Assembly (NCBI GenBank): GCA_030324005.1 | Contig: JARDVH010000130.1 | Location: forward strand, 32,912,369 to 32,976,285 | Source of the DNA: Negaprion brevirostris | Taxonomy: Eukaryota | Direction: 5' to 3' | Length of the DNA stretch: 63,917 bases | Shown: piece after piece, positions 51,160 to 63,917 of the stretch | Layout: every line of letters starts with the position of its first letter | Numbering within the stretch: position 1 is the stretch's first letter | Made by a program: the position numbers and the translations under genes | The notes under the pieces: generated by a model | The model's database searches: none | Told to the model about the DNA's origin: nothing | What the model saw: the letters and a program-made list of their open reading frames with translations, nothing else

Positions 51160-51505
51160 TCCAAGCCCCACTCCAGGGCTTGAGCACATCATACAGACTG
51201 ACACATTACTGCAATGTGAGGGAGTGTCGTGCTGTTGTAAGTGCCTTTTTCACTTACCAGTTGCTATGATTCAGTTGAGTGCCGCAGCATAAGTAGAAGA
51301 AGAGAAGTAAGTTCTGCAGATGGCATGACTCACCAAAACATCAAAGGTGAAAGACTCACTATCTACACTGTTTGTAGGGCCTTGCTGTGTGCAAACATGG
51401 CTGCTAGATTTGCGTACACAGTGATATTCACTACTTTCTAAATAATTCATTGCCTGCCAAACCTTTTACTGAAAGATTCGACAGGGTGCATGTAAATTAT
51501 GAGGT
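51160..51505 (+). mobile_element. Old Deu-domain SINE abutting the large SHANK3 exon acceptor
   Basis: cccactccagggcttgagcacat...gagggagtg...ctgtttgtagggccttgctgtgtgcaaacatggctgc...ctactttctaaataattcattg. Confidence 0.6.
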
Positions 51506-51525
51506 GCTTTTGTCATGTATTTCAG

Positions 51526-53872
51526 GAGCCTCTGAAGATGATAAACTGTCAGTCTCAGCCTTGGAGGGAAGGTTTTCACGCAGCACGTCCATGCAAGATA
51601 CTCTTCGGGAAGGACTGGGTATACCTCCACCTCCTCAGATAGCCCCTCCCCCACCACCCTCCTCATACCTTTTAGATACGGGCCCTCCTCCTCCTTTCTC
51701 CCCACCCCCACCCCCAGGACGAACTTATGACAATGTACGTTCCAGCTTTAAGCCCAACACCGAAGCGAAAATTCATGGGGGGCAGCAGGCGGTGACGACA
51801 GCGGAGGTCTATGAGCCAAGTCGGACTCCTCTGCCTCCAGTAGAAAGGCAGAAAAGAGCGAGGTCAATGATAATCTTGCAGGATTCGTCCTACTATCCCG
51901 TAGAACCAACAGACATACCCTGGCCCAGTCCCTCACCAACCCCTCAAGAGAAAAGCAAACGGAAGGCTAAGATGGTCGACAACCCATATGCAAACGTGGG
52001 CCAGTTCAATGTGGGCCTGTTTGCACCAACAAAGCCACTTCGTAAGAAAAGCCCTCTGGTCAAGCAGTTCCAGGTTGAAGACGCAATAGAGAGAGCATCA
52101 GCAGCTGGTTCCTCTGTGGCTGGCAAGGAGTTAGTGGCAAGGAGGATAGCGCAACACTCTGGAAAGGAGTATGAGCAGCAGCAGAGAGAGGGAATCAGCA
52201 AAGCGCAGGAGGACGGACAAGATCTGACCAGCCCTTTTTCTGTCGCCATTGCAGGAGCAGTACGGGACCGAGAAAAAAGGTTGGAAGAGAAGAGGAAATC
52301 AACAGTCTTCCTTTCTGTAGGTGCCATTGAAAGCGACACAGCACCCAACATCCCAGCTCTGCAACAGTCCAGGTCAGTTGACGAGAGACTACTGAGTAGC
52401 AGCGACAGGTCTCTCCGATCGCCAATCCCTTCACCTGTACCCTCCTCAAAACCACCAGCAAGCACACCTGTGACTTTTATACATCCCCTCACAGGAAAGC
52501 CGCTGGATCCCAACTCACCACTGGCACTTGCGCTGGCCGCAAGGCAGCGGGCACTGGTCGCTGAAACACAGCATCAACGGGCGGCTGGGAGCAATGAAAC
52601 CTTAAAAGCTCAGGAGAGAAATGCCCCTCTGTACATGGAGAGTCACAGCAAAGAGGCAAAGAAAGCAGAAATTGAGGGCCTCACATCGCCTCCCTTCTCT
52701 CCAGAGGACAAAGCGGTCTATAGTCCAACATCTGGGGTGCCAGTAACCGCAAAACACCAGTGGGGAACTCCTACCACTATGAGGAAAGAAATAGAAAGTA
52801 GACCAGGGCAGGTAGAGAAATCAGAACGAGAAGAGAAGAGAGTGGAAGAGAAAAAGAGTATGCTTATCAACATAGTGGATACGTCACAACAGAAAACAGC
52901 AGGCCTACTGATGGTCCACGCAACGAGTAATGGACAAGAATCAGAACTTCAAGAAACTCCAACACCTGCCTTGAAGCCATCATCACCGCAGCCTCAACCG
53001 TCCCCTACTGAGACACAAGCTTCTCAGCCACCCAGTGTTGTTTCTGAGCCTCCTCCACCTACTGAAGCACCTGGGAAAACCCAAACTCAAGGAAGTTCTG
53101 ATGAAGATGTGGAGCCATTTGCCATTTCTCTTCCTCCACTACTGTCCTCAAGTGACGAGGAAACAAGAGAGGAACTTGCAAAGATTGGGCTTGTGCCACC
53201 TCCTGATGAGTTTGCAAATGGCATCTTCATCCAAGCCGAGGCTGAAAAAACTGCCAGCCATCCCAGTAGACCTCCAATTGCAGCACCTTCAACTACTGGC
53301 ATTTCACCCTCAGGGAAGCCTTCAGATGCCCCACCTTCAGAAGCAAGTGTGGACTCGGGTGTAGAAGAAATTGACACAAGAAGCAGTAGTGATCATCACC
53401 TGGAAACCACAAGCACGATTTCAACTGTCTCCAGCATGTCCACATTATCATCAGAGAGCGGCGAGCCCTTGGACACATACACATCATTTGCTGATGGACA
53501 GACCTTCATACTCGAGAAGCCTCCAGTGCCTCCAAAGCCAAAGCTAAAGTCCCAACTCAACAAAGGGCCAGTCACATTCAGGGACCCTCTCTTGAAGCAG
53601 ACCTCAGACAGTGAGCTTGTTGCCCAACACCAACCGTCCGCGCTGCCCCCCGGCGTAGGACGGTCTCGCTACCTCATACAGAGAAAGTCCAAGTTGTGGG
53701 GGGATGCCGTTGAGCCCAGGCCCATTCAGATGGTTGAGGGCAGCAAACCCACTGTAATAAGCGAGCTGAGCTCCAGGCTGCAGCAATTGTCTAAGGATAC
53801 TCACTCACTCGGGGACGAGCCGTCAACAGCCTCTCTTGAGATAGGAAAGAGGTCACCTGTTGTCACTGCACG
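51526..53872 (+). CDS. SHANK3: SHANK3 large proline-rich exon (equivalent of mammalian exon 21)
   Basis: Lies within the 808-aa ORF 51450..53876. Acceptor tatttcag|GA, donor CG|gtaagg. Motifs: EGRFSRSTSMQD, SPLVKQ, FIHPLTGKPLDPNSPLALALAAR, KSMLINIVDTS, Homer ligand LVPPPDEFAN (PPPDEF 53196-53213), DHHLETTSTISTVSSMSTLSSE and cortactin ligand KPPVPPKP (53517-53540). Confidence 0.97.
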
Positions 53873-56074
53873 GTAAGGCCAAATTACCAATTTCTTAATG
53901 TAGAAGTGTTTTCTCAATGCCCCAGAAACATGATCATTTTTCTCAGTAATAATTCCAGAGCTTAATATTAAAAGTGAACTTCTGTTTAGTTATTCTAAGG
54001 TTAATGTTTCCTGGTGTGAGCACCATTCCCAGTGCATTTAACTCAATAGATAAGGTGTTTTCAGTTCATGAAGATAGAGTGATAAATGAGACAATTGCAT
54101 CCCCTGTCCTCAGGGTATACTGACTGACAAGTTTCAAAGGTTTTCAAATTGATATTCGGAAAGAAAGGTTGTTGCACTAAATTGTTTCTGAAGAGAGTCT
54201 GTGTAAAAGTTAATGAGGGCTACTACCAAATTAGGCAAATTTAACTTGCAATTGCTTGATGATTGTGCAAATATTTCTCTTTCATTTGAGGATTGTAGAA
54301 GCTGGAACTGTGAATATGTAAGACAGAAAACAGTGAGCGCACACAATGCTATAGGGAAACAAGAATCATATTAATCACCTGCACCAGACCTCAGAATCTG
54401 CTTTACAGAATCAGACCAAAGCATCAGGAGGCATTTAGTGACAGGACCTGGGCAGAGTTCCTAGTGTTGTGTTGTGTTGCACAAACCTTGCTGCTAAATG
54501 GATTTCTCCCTCACCTTCTGCCTTACCTTCTTTCTTTCCCTACCCCACCTCCCAGGCAGGTAAATCAACGCAAACGTCCCTTATATAACCAATTAAATAA
54601 CCTCTTTCAAAACTTTCCCTCCAAATACTTTATGGTGGTCAGGCCCAACCCACTGGTTATTACCCAAAATCGAACTTTGCCTCAGCCATGTTCTTGTAGT
54701 TTCCTGAATAGTGTCTAAAATGTAATACTTGCACAACCAACATTAATTCAGTTTAAAATGGTGGACTTAGTTGTGTCCAGCTGACTTATCTCAAACAATC
54801 TATCCTTCTGTATGTTATCTTTACTCATGTTTAGCACCTGAATCAGAACCCTTCACCATTTACAACTCTCCAACAAATTCAAAACCCCCCACAGCATGAA
54901 ACCAATCACTACTGATAAATATGTGTGTGTCAGCGATCGTCCCCATTGCCTTTCTCTGTATGTAATTTAGCAACAGTGTCCTTAAGATGAGGGAACCAAA
55001 ACTGTACACAAAACTATAGGCATCAAGATCTTACTTAAACATTATGTAGAGTTCCACGTATGGCTCAAATGGTAGTAGAAGTCTCTGTGAGTCAGAAGAT
55101 AGTGAATCTCACTCCAGAGACTAAAGCACACAGAAATCTAGGTTAACACCCTAGTGTGATACTGAGAAAATGCTTCGGCAATGTCTGGGGTGCTATAGAT
55201 ACACTCTCCATCCTGTTCTGGTAGAGCTTCTGGTAGAGCTGAAAAACTTTTAAAAACGCACACTAATTTACAGGTGAAATGTGGAAAATGTCTTCCGAAC
55301 CACACTAGAAACCCAAATCAGTATGATCTACCGAGTTTCCCTGAGGTTGTTTTCCAATAACATCTTCAAATATCAAATCTGCTTTACCAATCATGACCTC
55401 TGCTTCCTGAAACTGAGCTTAGTAATCACAAGTTGATAATTGCTAGTTGTGAGCATCCTTTTTCAACAAAGAAATTGCATGCACTTTACACTGAAATCAT
55501 CTGGGGCTATGAAGGCTCTTGGTGAAAGATTTAAAATATTTGCTAGTGCCTCATCAACACCCTCAGCCATTTCCTTCAGCACCTTTCTCCAGCTTCACCA
55601 CCTTTAAGGAACCTTATGCAGTCTTCCTTGAGATGTGTAAATGACTCATTTGAGTATTAGTTTCATCTAAAAAATGATTATGATTACGTTACTTTGGAGA
55701 AAATCCAGTAGAAGACAACTGAAAGGCACCCTATCTATCCCACTGCAGGAATAAAACACATAACCTAAGCTGGAAATTCCAGTGTAGTACTAAATGCCAC
55801 ACTGTTGTGGGTTTTTGGACCTCAGAGTCAATTTATCTAGATCAGCATCAAAAATCCCCTTGCACTGTTCAAAGTACAGCAGCTATCCAAATATGGAGCA
55901 GGGAGAGAGGGGAAGTCTCCCTATATTATGAGTACATGGAACCTGCATCATAGATGAAACATGTACCATAGCCAAATCAGACATTCCTTCCCAGCAATGG
56001 GCTGTCTAAGTCAAAGCTGTGATTAAGGCTTACGTCAATGAACAAAAAGTAATTTCTTTAAATGCATCTCGCTG

Positions 56075-56692
56075 TTGGTTTTAGGATCAGCTCGGCAACC
56101 TAGATAAGTTGGTGGGGTGGGCAGAAAGGTGGCAGGTGAGGTTCAATGCAGAGTGATGTGATGAATTTTGGTAGCGAGAAAATTGAGAGGCAATATAAAA
56201 TAATGGGTAAGATTCTTAATATATATTGAGATATATGTACATAGATCATTGAAGGTGGCAGGACAGGGTGAAAGCAGTTAATAAAGCATAAAGCATTTTG
56301 GGTTTCATTAATGTGGACATCGAGTCCATGAGCCATGAGGTTATGTTGAACTTGTACAGGACACTAGTTAGACCTCAACTGGAATATTGTGCACAATTGC
56401 CGCACTATAGGTAGAATGTGAACACGTTGGAGAGAGTGCAGATGAGGTTTACAGGAATGGTTCCAGGGATGAGAAACTTCAGTTATGAGGATGGTTTTGA
56501 AGACGTTGATACTATTCTCCTCGGAAAGAAGGCGAAGAAGAGATTTGATAGAGATGTTCAGAAGTATGAGGAGGCTGCTTAGATTAGACATGGAGAAACT
56601 ATTCCTGCTCATAAAAGGATCAAGACCATGAAGGCTCAGGTTTAAAGTGATTTGCAAAAGAAGCAAACATGATGTGAGAATAAACTTTTCCA
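56075..56692 (+). mobile_element. CR1 LINE ORF2 fragment
   Basis: gggcagaaaggtggcag...gttagacctcaactggaatattgtg...gagagagtgcagatgaggtttac...gatgtgagaataaactttt. Confidence 0.8.
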
Positions 56693-57959
56693 CATGTCAA
56701 GAAAACCGGAGCAATCGGTGTTGGTCTGTCCAGCGCAGTGCAGACCGCATTCATCCACATTTAGTTTTTTTTGTGAGAGTGGTGAGTTGCATACTAGTTC
56801 CGGGAGGGGCAGGAGCTAAACACGCTGGTGAGTTGAAAGCGCACCCCAAATGAAAGTGCAATGGAAGACTGTATCCCTACCCCAATGGATAGTGGGCATG
56901 CCCCCCTTATCAGTAACATGTTTCCCCACCCCTTGCCCGAAATGGATAGCCTGCATCGGGGTCCTCTCAATGGGTTCCCTTTCATGGCCATCACCATGCC
57001 ACCCCTTCCTGACCTCCGACATGCCACATCTTCATGTCCATCCCTTCACACCCATCTCCCTCATCATAGCCTCCCCACCATAGCCCCTGCTTAGACCCCA
57101 CCCCCACTTAGGCTGCACCTCCTTGGCACTGCCCTGGCACATTGACAGTGCCCAACTGACTGCCAGGTTGGCACTAACATGATGCCAGGTGATCACTGCC
57201 CAGCCATGTTCCTGACCACCCAAGGGTTTCAATGGCCTACGACACCCCCTGGTAAACCACCTTTCCTCTACAACCCAGAATCAAAATAAGCATGAACTGA
57301 CAGCCAAATTGCAGTAAATTATAAACTATAAATTACACACTAAATGGCAGAGACAACTAAGGGAATCTTCCGAATTGGCTCAGCAGTCTGCTTCGCGTAT
57401 ATGTCATTTATCTCAGTTACAAAGTCCTTCAAAACTCTGTCTTCCTCGTGAAGAATATCAGTTCCTCTTCTTTTAGGATTTAGTCTGACCCTCAGCAGCA
57501 CACAACCAACCAAAGTTCTATGAACACCACCTTCACCACAAACAGCACTTGTCTGTAGAATCTCCCCAACTCTGCTTATGATGGTCTGGATGACATAGGT
57601 CCATCAATGTTATCTTCAAGAAATACTATATAGCAACAAATGTATATTTGCCCATTTTCAGCTTCTGGATTTAACCTCTACCTTCTTCAGCCTGCCTGTA
57701 CAGTACCACTGGGATCATCATCTGAGTTCTCATGGCTCAGTGTGCTTTAATATGATTTCAACCACTTTCAGGCTCCCAGAAGTTTTGGTTTCCAAACTTA
57801 GCTTCAGTCTTAGTTTCCTTAGAAACTAGAGGAATCAGATTCCATTCCCGGTTTCTCTTTGCAATTAGGCTCGACCTCAAAAAAGACAAGTTTTGAAGCT
57901 ACAGATTACGTTGCACACTATGGAGAGATTTCCCCCGATTCCTGTTGATTTCAATTTTA

Positions 57960-58790
57960 CTAGAGGTCCTTGATGTCACATTCAGTCATTCTCAGCACAT
58001 CTTTGAAATTTAACTCTTTTGTTCATGTTTGGACCAAAGGTTGTGATGAAGTCTAGAACCAAGTAGTCCTGGTAAAACCCAAACTGAACATTGTTGAGCA
58101 GCATACTGGTGAGTAGGCATATTTGGTAGCACTGCTAATGGCTCCGTTCATCACTTTGCTGATGACTGTGAGAAGACTGATGACAATGTAATTGACTGGA
58201 GTGGATTTGTCCTGCTTTTGCAGATAGGACATACCTGAGAAACATTTCACTTTGTTGAATAGATGTCACTGTTGCATCTGTAGCAGGAACAGCTTGACTG
58301 AAGCACTTCTCCGCAGCAAAGCAGCTGTGATGTTGTCTGGGACTATAGAATTTGATGTACAATGTGCCCAGTCTTTTCTTGATTGCACGTAAAGTAAATT
58401 GAAGTGGCTGAATACTGATTTCTATGATGTAGGGACCTCAGGACAAGGCCAAGATAAATCATCCACTCAAAACTTCTGGCTGAAGATGTCTTTGCACTCA
58501 TGTGCTAGACTGTGCAATCATTGAAGATGGGGATGGATATAGGGTCTGTTGCTCCCAGTGATTGTTTTAGTCCATCACCATTGATCTGATTTATTGTTTA
58601 TGGAATCACTTGCAACTGCGTGCTGCTTCCACTCTTTAACAGGCATGTAGTTCTGTTTGTAGCTTCATTATGTTAACATCTTACTTTTGAGTACACCTCG
58701 TGCTGTTCCTAGCATGAGCTCCTACATTTCCCATTGATTCCTTGGTTTGTTGATAATGATAAAGTGAGGGATATGCCAGGCCATGAGGTT
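57960..58790 (-). mobile_element. CR1/L2-group LINE RT fragment
   Basis: QKQDKSTPVNYIVISLLTVISKVMNG resembles KKQDKSNPANYRPISLLSIISKVMEG. Confidence 0.75.
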
Positions 58791-58825
58791 AAAAGTTGTG
58801 TTTGAATATACACATATTCGCATAT

Positions 58826-58960
58826 GGGCGGTGTGGTAGCACAGTGGTTAGCACTGCTGCTTCACAGCTCCAGGGACTTGGGTTCGATTCCCAGCGTGGA
58901 TCACTGTCTGTATGGAGTTTGCACATTTTCCTTATGTCTGCGTGGATTTCCTCCAGGTGC
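58826..58960 (+). mobile_element. HE1-type V-SINE 5' half (ends at a gap)
   Basis: ggtagcacagtggttagcactgctgcttcacagctccagggac...gtttgcacatt. Confidence 0.85.
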
Positions 58961-59829
58961 NNNNNNNNNNNNNNNNNNNNNNNNNNNNNNNNNNNNNNNN
59001 NNNNNNNNNNNNNNNNNNNNNNNNNNNNNNNNNNNNNNNNNNNNNNNNNNNNNNNNNNNNCATGTAGCACTAAGTGGCTTGTTGACCATTTCTGAAGACA
59101 GTTAAGAATCAAACACATTGTTGTGGGTCTGCAGTAAAACACAGGACAGAAAGAGTAAAGACAACAGATTTCGTACTCTAAAGGAATTTAATGAACCAGA
59201 TGAGTTTAGACAACAATCCATGTAACTTTTTAGTTCAGATTATTCAATTAATTAGCAACATTTAAACTTCCCTACTCCCATGTTGTACTTTTAACTCACA
59301 TCTCCAAATCATTAGTCCCAGCCTTTGGAGTCCAGGTGTTGTAACATAAGCATTCTGCCACCATTCTACCTGTTTAAGCTATATATTTAGAAAGTTTACT
59401 TTATGGACATCTAGCAGGGAAAATAATTTCAGCATCAACCTCTAATCAATATATTGGATGTCTGAATATTGGCCTTAGGAATCTAAATGTATATCTTAAG
59501 ATTCTAGATGTAATTGGCGCTGCATTTGAGCAACCGAATCTTTTATGGGAGCCAACTGATAGTAAAGCTGGTGTTTTTTGCTGAAGCTTTTGTATCTTTC
59601 AACTTGTCCTTACTGTAAATTACTTCCGCTCTTGTATCTTAGAGCCATCGGGAAAGTTTCCAGGCTCAGACTGCCTACTCTAGTCTTGAGACCTAGGTAA
59701 ACTTTTCATAACTTGTTACTCAGCAAACTACTGGTAAATTATCCTTGATCCACAGAGACTTCAATCTTCAAAATGATAGAACATTCCACCACATCTTATT
59801 TAAAGTAGTAAGAATATTTATCCCTCTCT

Positions 59830-60855
59830 CTAGTAATTGTCTGGGGCTGAAACAGACAGTTCATAACCTTAGTGTCATCTTTGACCCTGTGATGAGTTTC
59901 TGATTTCTTATCAGCACCATCATAAAACAAAGCCTATTACTACATTCAGACCATCTCCTGACTCACGTAGCAGCACAGTGGCACAGTGATTAGCACTGCT
60001 GCCTCACAACACCAGGGACCCCAGTTCAATTCCGGCCATGGGTCACTGTGTGGAGTTTGCACGTTTTCCCTATGTTTGCATGGGTTTCCTCTGGGTGTGC
60101 AGCTTAGGTTGATTGGCTATGCTAAAATTGCCCCTTAGTGTTAGGGGGATTAGCAGGGTAACTACATGGGGCTGCAGGGATAGAACCTGGGTAGGATTGT
60201 TGTCAGTGAAGGCTCGATGGGCGGAATGGTGTCCTTCTGCACTGTCATGATTCTATGATTTTATGACTCTGCCATACCTCATCTCATATGCTGCCAAAAG
60301 TCCTAATACTGCTGTTGTTTCACCTAGATTTGACTATTCCAACACTCATCCTATCTTGAGGTCATCCAAAATCTTTCTGCCCATGTCTTTACTTGTGCCT
60401 ATCCAACCATCAGCCCTGAGTTCACTGGCTTGCATTTGTGCCCGATCAAACAATGCTTTAATTTTACCATTCTCATCCTTGTTTAAAATCACTCCATGTC
60501 CTTCCTACTTCTGCATTCTCCTCCAACACGATAATTCTCCAACATGTTTGCACATCTCTAATTCTGGTCTCTTTAGCATCCTAATTTTAAATGCTCCACC
60601 TGTGGTGGCTGTACTTTCAGCTGCTAAGTCCCAAAACTTAGGAATTCTCCCCATAAAACTCTTTTGATCTCTTTCCCCCTTCTAAGATGCTCAGTAATAC
60701 CTACCTTTTTGACCAAGCTTTTGATCATTTGCCCTAACATTTCCTTATGTGGTGCAGTATCAAACTTTGTTTAATAACACTTCTGTGAAACACCTTGGGG
60801 CATTTACATTATTACTTTGAAAGTACAATATGAATACAAGTTGTTGTTGTTGTTA
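59830..60855 (+). mobile_element. L2 LINE 3' portion with a nested HE1 SINE (about 59965-60263)
   Basis: cataaccttagtgtcatctttgaccctg...cacctagatttgactattccaac...aatacaagttgttgttgttgtt tail. The SINE is flanked by tgactc on both sides. Confidence 0.8.
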
Positions 60856-61004
60856 TGTTAAGGAAACAACAGACAAATGATCATCTGATATCTCAGAGTT
60901 ATAGGGAGAGAGCAGGACAGTGAAATTGTTTTGGATTGCTCTTGCAAACAAGTTAGCACAATGAGCGCATTGGCCTCTTTCTATGCAGTAACTTAATATG
61001 GTTA

Positions 61005-61352
61005 GAATCATAAAATCCATACAGTGCAGGAGACCAAACAGCCCATCGAGCCTGTACTGATTCTCTGACAGAGTATCTTACCCAGGCCCTTTCCTCCACC
61101 CTATATCCATAATTCCACATGTTTACCATGGCTAATCCACCTAACCCACACGTATTGGGACACTAAGGGGCAATTTAGCATGGCCAATCCAACTAACCAA
61201 CTAACCTGCACATCATTGGACTGTGAAGGAAACTGGAGCACCCTGAGGAAACCCACACAGAAAATGTGCAAATTCTTGATAGAGAATCATCCAAGGCTGG
61301 AATTGAATTTGGGTCCTTAGCACTATGAGGCAGCAGTGCTAACTACTATGCC
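61005..61352 (-). mobile_element. HE1-type V-SINE, near full length
   Basis: tagaatcataaaatccatacagtgcag...ggacactaaggggcaatttagcatggccaatcc...ggcagcagtgctaactac. Confidence 0.88.
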
Positions 61353-61989
61353 GGTTCTAAGATTTTATAACACGAATACATATTTATAGTAGGAAATCTA
61401 TTATCTAGCTTCTTGAATGGAAGGAATATGAGTCACAATCAAATTCTAAGCAATTGCTTTATAATAAACTTCTTCCTTAAAATCTTATTGACTATGAGAC
61501 CTAGCTCAGAAACCTTATCTTTCCCTGTGATAATTCCAATTGGTTTGACTATCTTTGATTAACTCAGGTTCATGAAAAGATCCAGCCATGTGCTGCACTC
61601 CATGATTGGTTGTTTTGATTAGTTTGGATTTTGATAAACAACACTTGGATTCAAAGGTAGTTTGTTGTCATGCTTTTAACTGAATAAGTCCAAAAGATTT
61701 TTTTTCAAAAATATACCTTTCGCCAGCCTATGGTTCGAAACCAAGTTGAACAGAGTTGAACTTATAAAACTCTGGTGCTTGGTAGCTAGATTCAAAGGAA
61801 CAAACATTGGGGTAAACCCAGGAAACAAAAGTGCTCCATTTTTGGGAGATGTTGTAGTCTGGGTGAGGCAAATTGGCCAGAGCTAAAACATAAAACACTA
61901 ATCAGGTTAGCATGTTTGTATTTGTGACTGGCCTTTGAAAAAAATCCCTGAAGCTTCAAGCAATAGAAAAATGTCATTCAAATTAAAGA

Positions 61990-62660
61990 GAAGATGCACA
62001 GAAGCTTTACCAGCAATAGTTTGGGGATAAACAAATTCAGCTGTTAGAAGAGACTAGAGAAGTTGAGATTGTCCTTTGTTGAGCAGAGAGAAATTGAAAA
62101 AGATCAATGTTTGGAATGCAATGTTGGATAGGGTGTTGGAAATGTCTTCAATGATAACTTTCCAAAGGGCATTTTATAAATAGGAAGGGGAAAAAAATTG
62201 CAGCAACTTGAGGAAAGAGTGGGGGACAAACTGGATCGTCCTTCAAAAGAGCCAAATCTGATTCAGTGAACCATGTGGCCTGTTTTTGTGCTGTATTATT
62301 CTATGATAAAGGTGTTCATAATTTCAAGGGTTTTGGCAGAATTAATAAGGAGAAACTGTTTCCACTGGAGGACAGCCAGTAACCAGAAGGCACAGATCTA
62401 AGGTAACTAACAAAAAGGCCAGAGGACAGATGAGCATTTTTTATGCAGTGAGTTTTAATGATCTGGATGGCAGTACCTGAAAGGTAGGTGGAAGCATTCA
62501 AAAGTCACTTTCAAAGGAAACTGGATAAATACTTGAAAAGGAACTTTTGCGAAACTATGGAAACTTCATGCAAGTGGAACTTATAGGATAGCACTTTCAA
62601 AGAGCAAACAAGGCATGATGGACCAGATGGCCTCCTTCTGTGCTGTATTGTTCTATGTGA
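61990..62660 (+). mobile_element. Two decayed CR1 3' ends
   Basis: ggagaaactgtttccactgg...ccagaagggcacagat... followed by tails ggcctccttctgtgctgtattgttctatg. Confidence 0.65.
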
Positions 62661-63917
62661 TAATCTCAAATTGTTAACTTACAGTTATTGTCATTGGTGA
62701 TACTGCCTAATAAAATTGTTATGTGTACTACGGATTGTCAAACAGTAGGATTCTTTTTTAAGGACAGGGTTTTGTAAACAGTGTTCATGTGCTTTGGGCC
62801 ATTGAGTTTGAAACTTAACTAATAGCATCAAAGTAGTGTTTGAGTATCCTGCTCATTAGAGTGTCATTTGAGTTATTAGCTATAAAACCAAGAATACATT
62901 GCTCACCCACAAAACTTGTGGACTGACATCATACCCACAATTTCAGAGGCCCTAAGGAATTAATATGGAATGTTGAACAGTACCTTACAGATGGTTGGAT
63001 GGTGGACGGTGGGGATTATGTTCATTGTAAGCTATTCTGACTTGCAAGTGCTTGATACTGTCACTAATGCTAATAATGTTTTAACCTCTCAGTTATGTAG
63101 AGGGATGCTATACTTTGTGCATCACACCTGCTTTATACGCAACTTGGAACTACTTCAGAACAACATCATCCTTCATTATTAAGCATGTAAACAAAAAAAT
63201 TGGGTAAAACAATTAAATAAAATTATTTTGAATGACAGGTTGCATTCAAATACTTGATCGCCATGTCCCAAATCCTTCCATCTATTGTTTACATATCCTT
63301 GTTTATTTTCATGTCCTTGTTAAAGGAGCATAGATCTTAGTGCAAGCTCAGCATTCAGTCTAATATTACTCATGTAGAAAGATACTATCTAGAGTCTGAT
63401 GGTATGTAAGACCAGCTCCCAAGCATTGAATGCCGTCAATTTCATGATAAAATGTTGTTTTATCATTAAAATGTCACTTGTTTGTGGTGTAATACCTAGA
63501 AAATGCAATGAAGACCCTTTCTATTCCTACAGATTTGAATTGCAGACTGAAGACAGCACACTTTAGGATTTTAGCTGCTAGGGGTAACACTTACTCTTAT
63601 TTTGATTTTTGCATCTTTCCATGCTGACTCCCACCCTGTCCCTCACCCTTATTATATAACATGCTATTGTTCCCCATATTAACGTTTTAGTTACACTCTA
63701 AGATCTTGTTACTTTGTGTCTGTGCTTGGGCAAAACTGGGAGAAGAAGTGATTCGCCTTCGAGTCAGTCTAGTTGCCAGTATTGAGAGAGGGAAGGAGAG
63801 CCCTAAGACCTAAGCAGGCATTGGAGCTAATGCCAATCCAGAGGGTTTGATGAAAGCTGGTAGACAGTTTTTGGGACCAATCTGATTTAAGTTAACCAAA
63901 CACGGAGAGGATATAGG

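Noticed and set aside
51450-51525. N-terminal 25 codons of the 808-aa ORF as a protein start
   Set aside because: It starts at TTG in SINE-like intron sequence. Homology and exon phase begin at the acceptor 51525/51526.
51944-53804. Antisense and alternate-frame ORFs (189, 109, 96, 90 aa and others) over the large exon
   Set aside because: These are shadows of the SHANK3 coding sequence with no independent motifs.
53873-63917. Search for the terminal SAM-domain exon of SHANK3
   Set aside because: No LFSSLGEL or WSKFDVGDWL-like coding sequence was seen. It probably lies beyond the window.

Overview
This is eukaryotic vertebrate DNA, almost certainly from an elasmobranch (shark), judged by many HE1-type V-SINEs, Deu-domain SINEs and CR1 LINEs. 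It is the middle-to-3' part of a + strand SHANK3 gene (postsynaptic scaffold). Four coding exons join in frame with canonical AG/GT sites: a 24-nt micro-exon (11867-11890), 27612-27739, 41884-41989 and the 2347-nt proline-rich exon (51526-53872) carrying the Homer and cortactin motifs. The upstream ANK/SH3/PDZ exons and the terminal SAM exon were not found and presumably lie outside the window. The rest is intron filled with decayed, often nested, mobile elements: HE1, Deu and other tRNA-derived SINEs; CR1, L2, RTE, Rex1 and Tx1 LINEs; two Gypsy-type LTR relics; a Ty1/copia-type relic; Harbinger transposase relics and MITEs; and degenerate minisatellites. I found no new multi-gene system. The best leads are splicing features of SHANK3 (a micro-exon with a regulatory motif cluster and stop-introducing alternative acceptors, an in-frame internal donor, and a read-through stop that would drop the SAM domain) and the copia relic. 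Repeat boundaries and family names were judged by eye from remembered motifs and are approximate.
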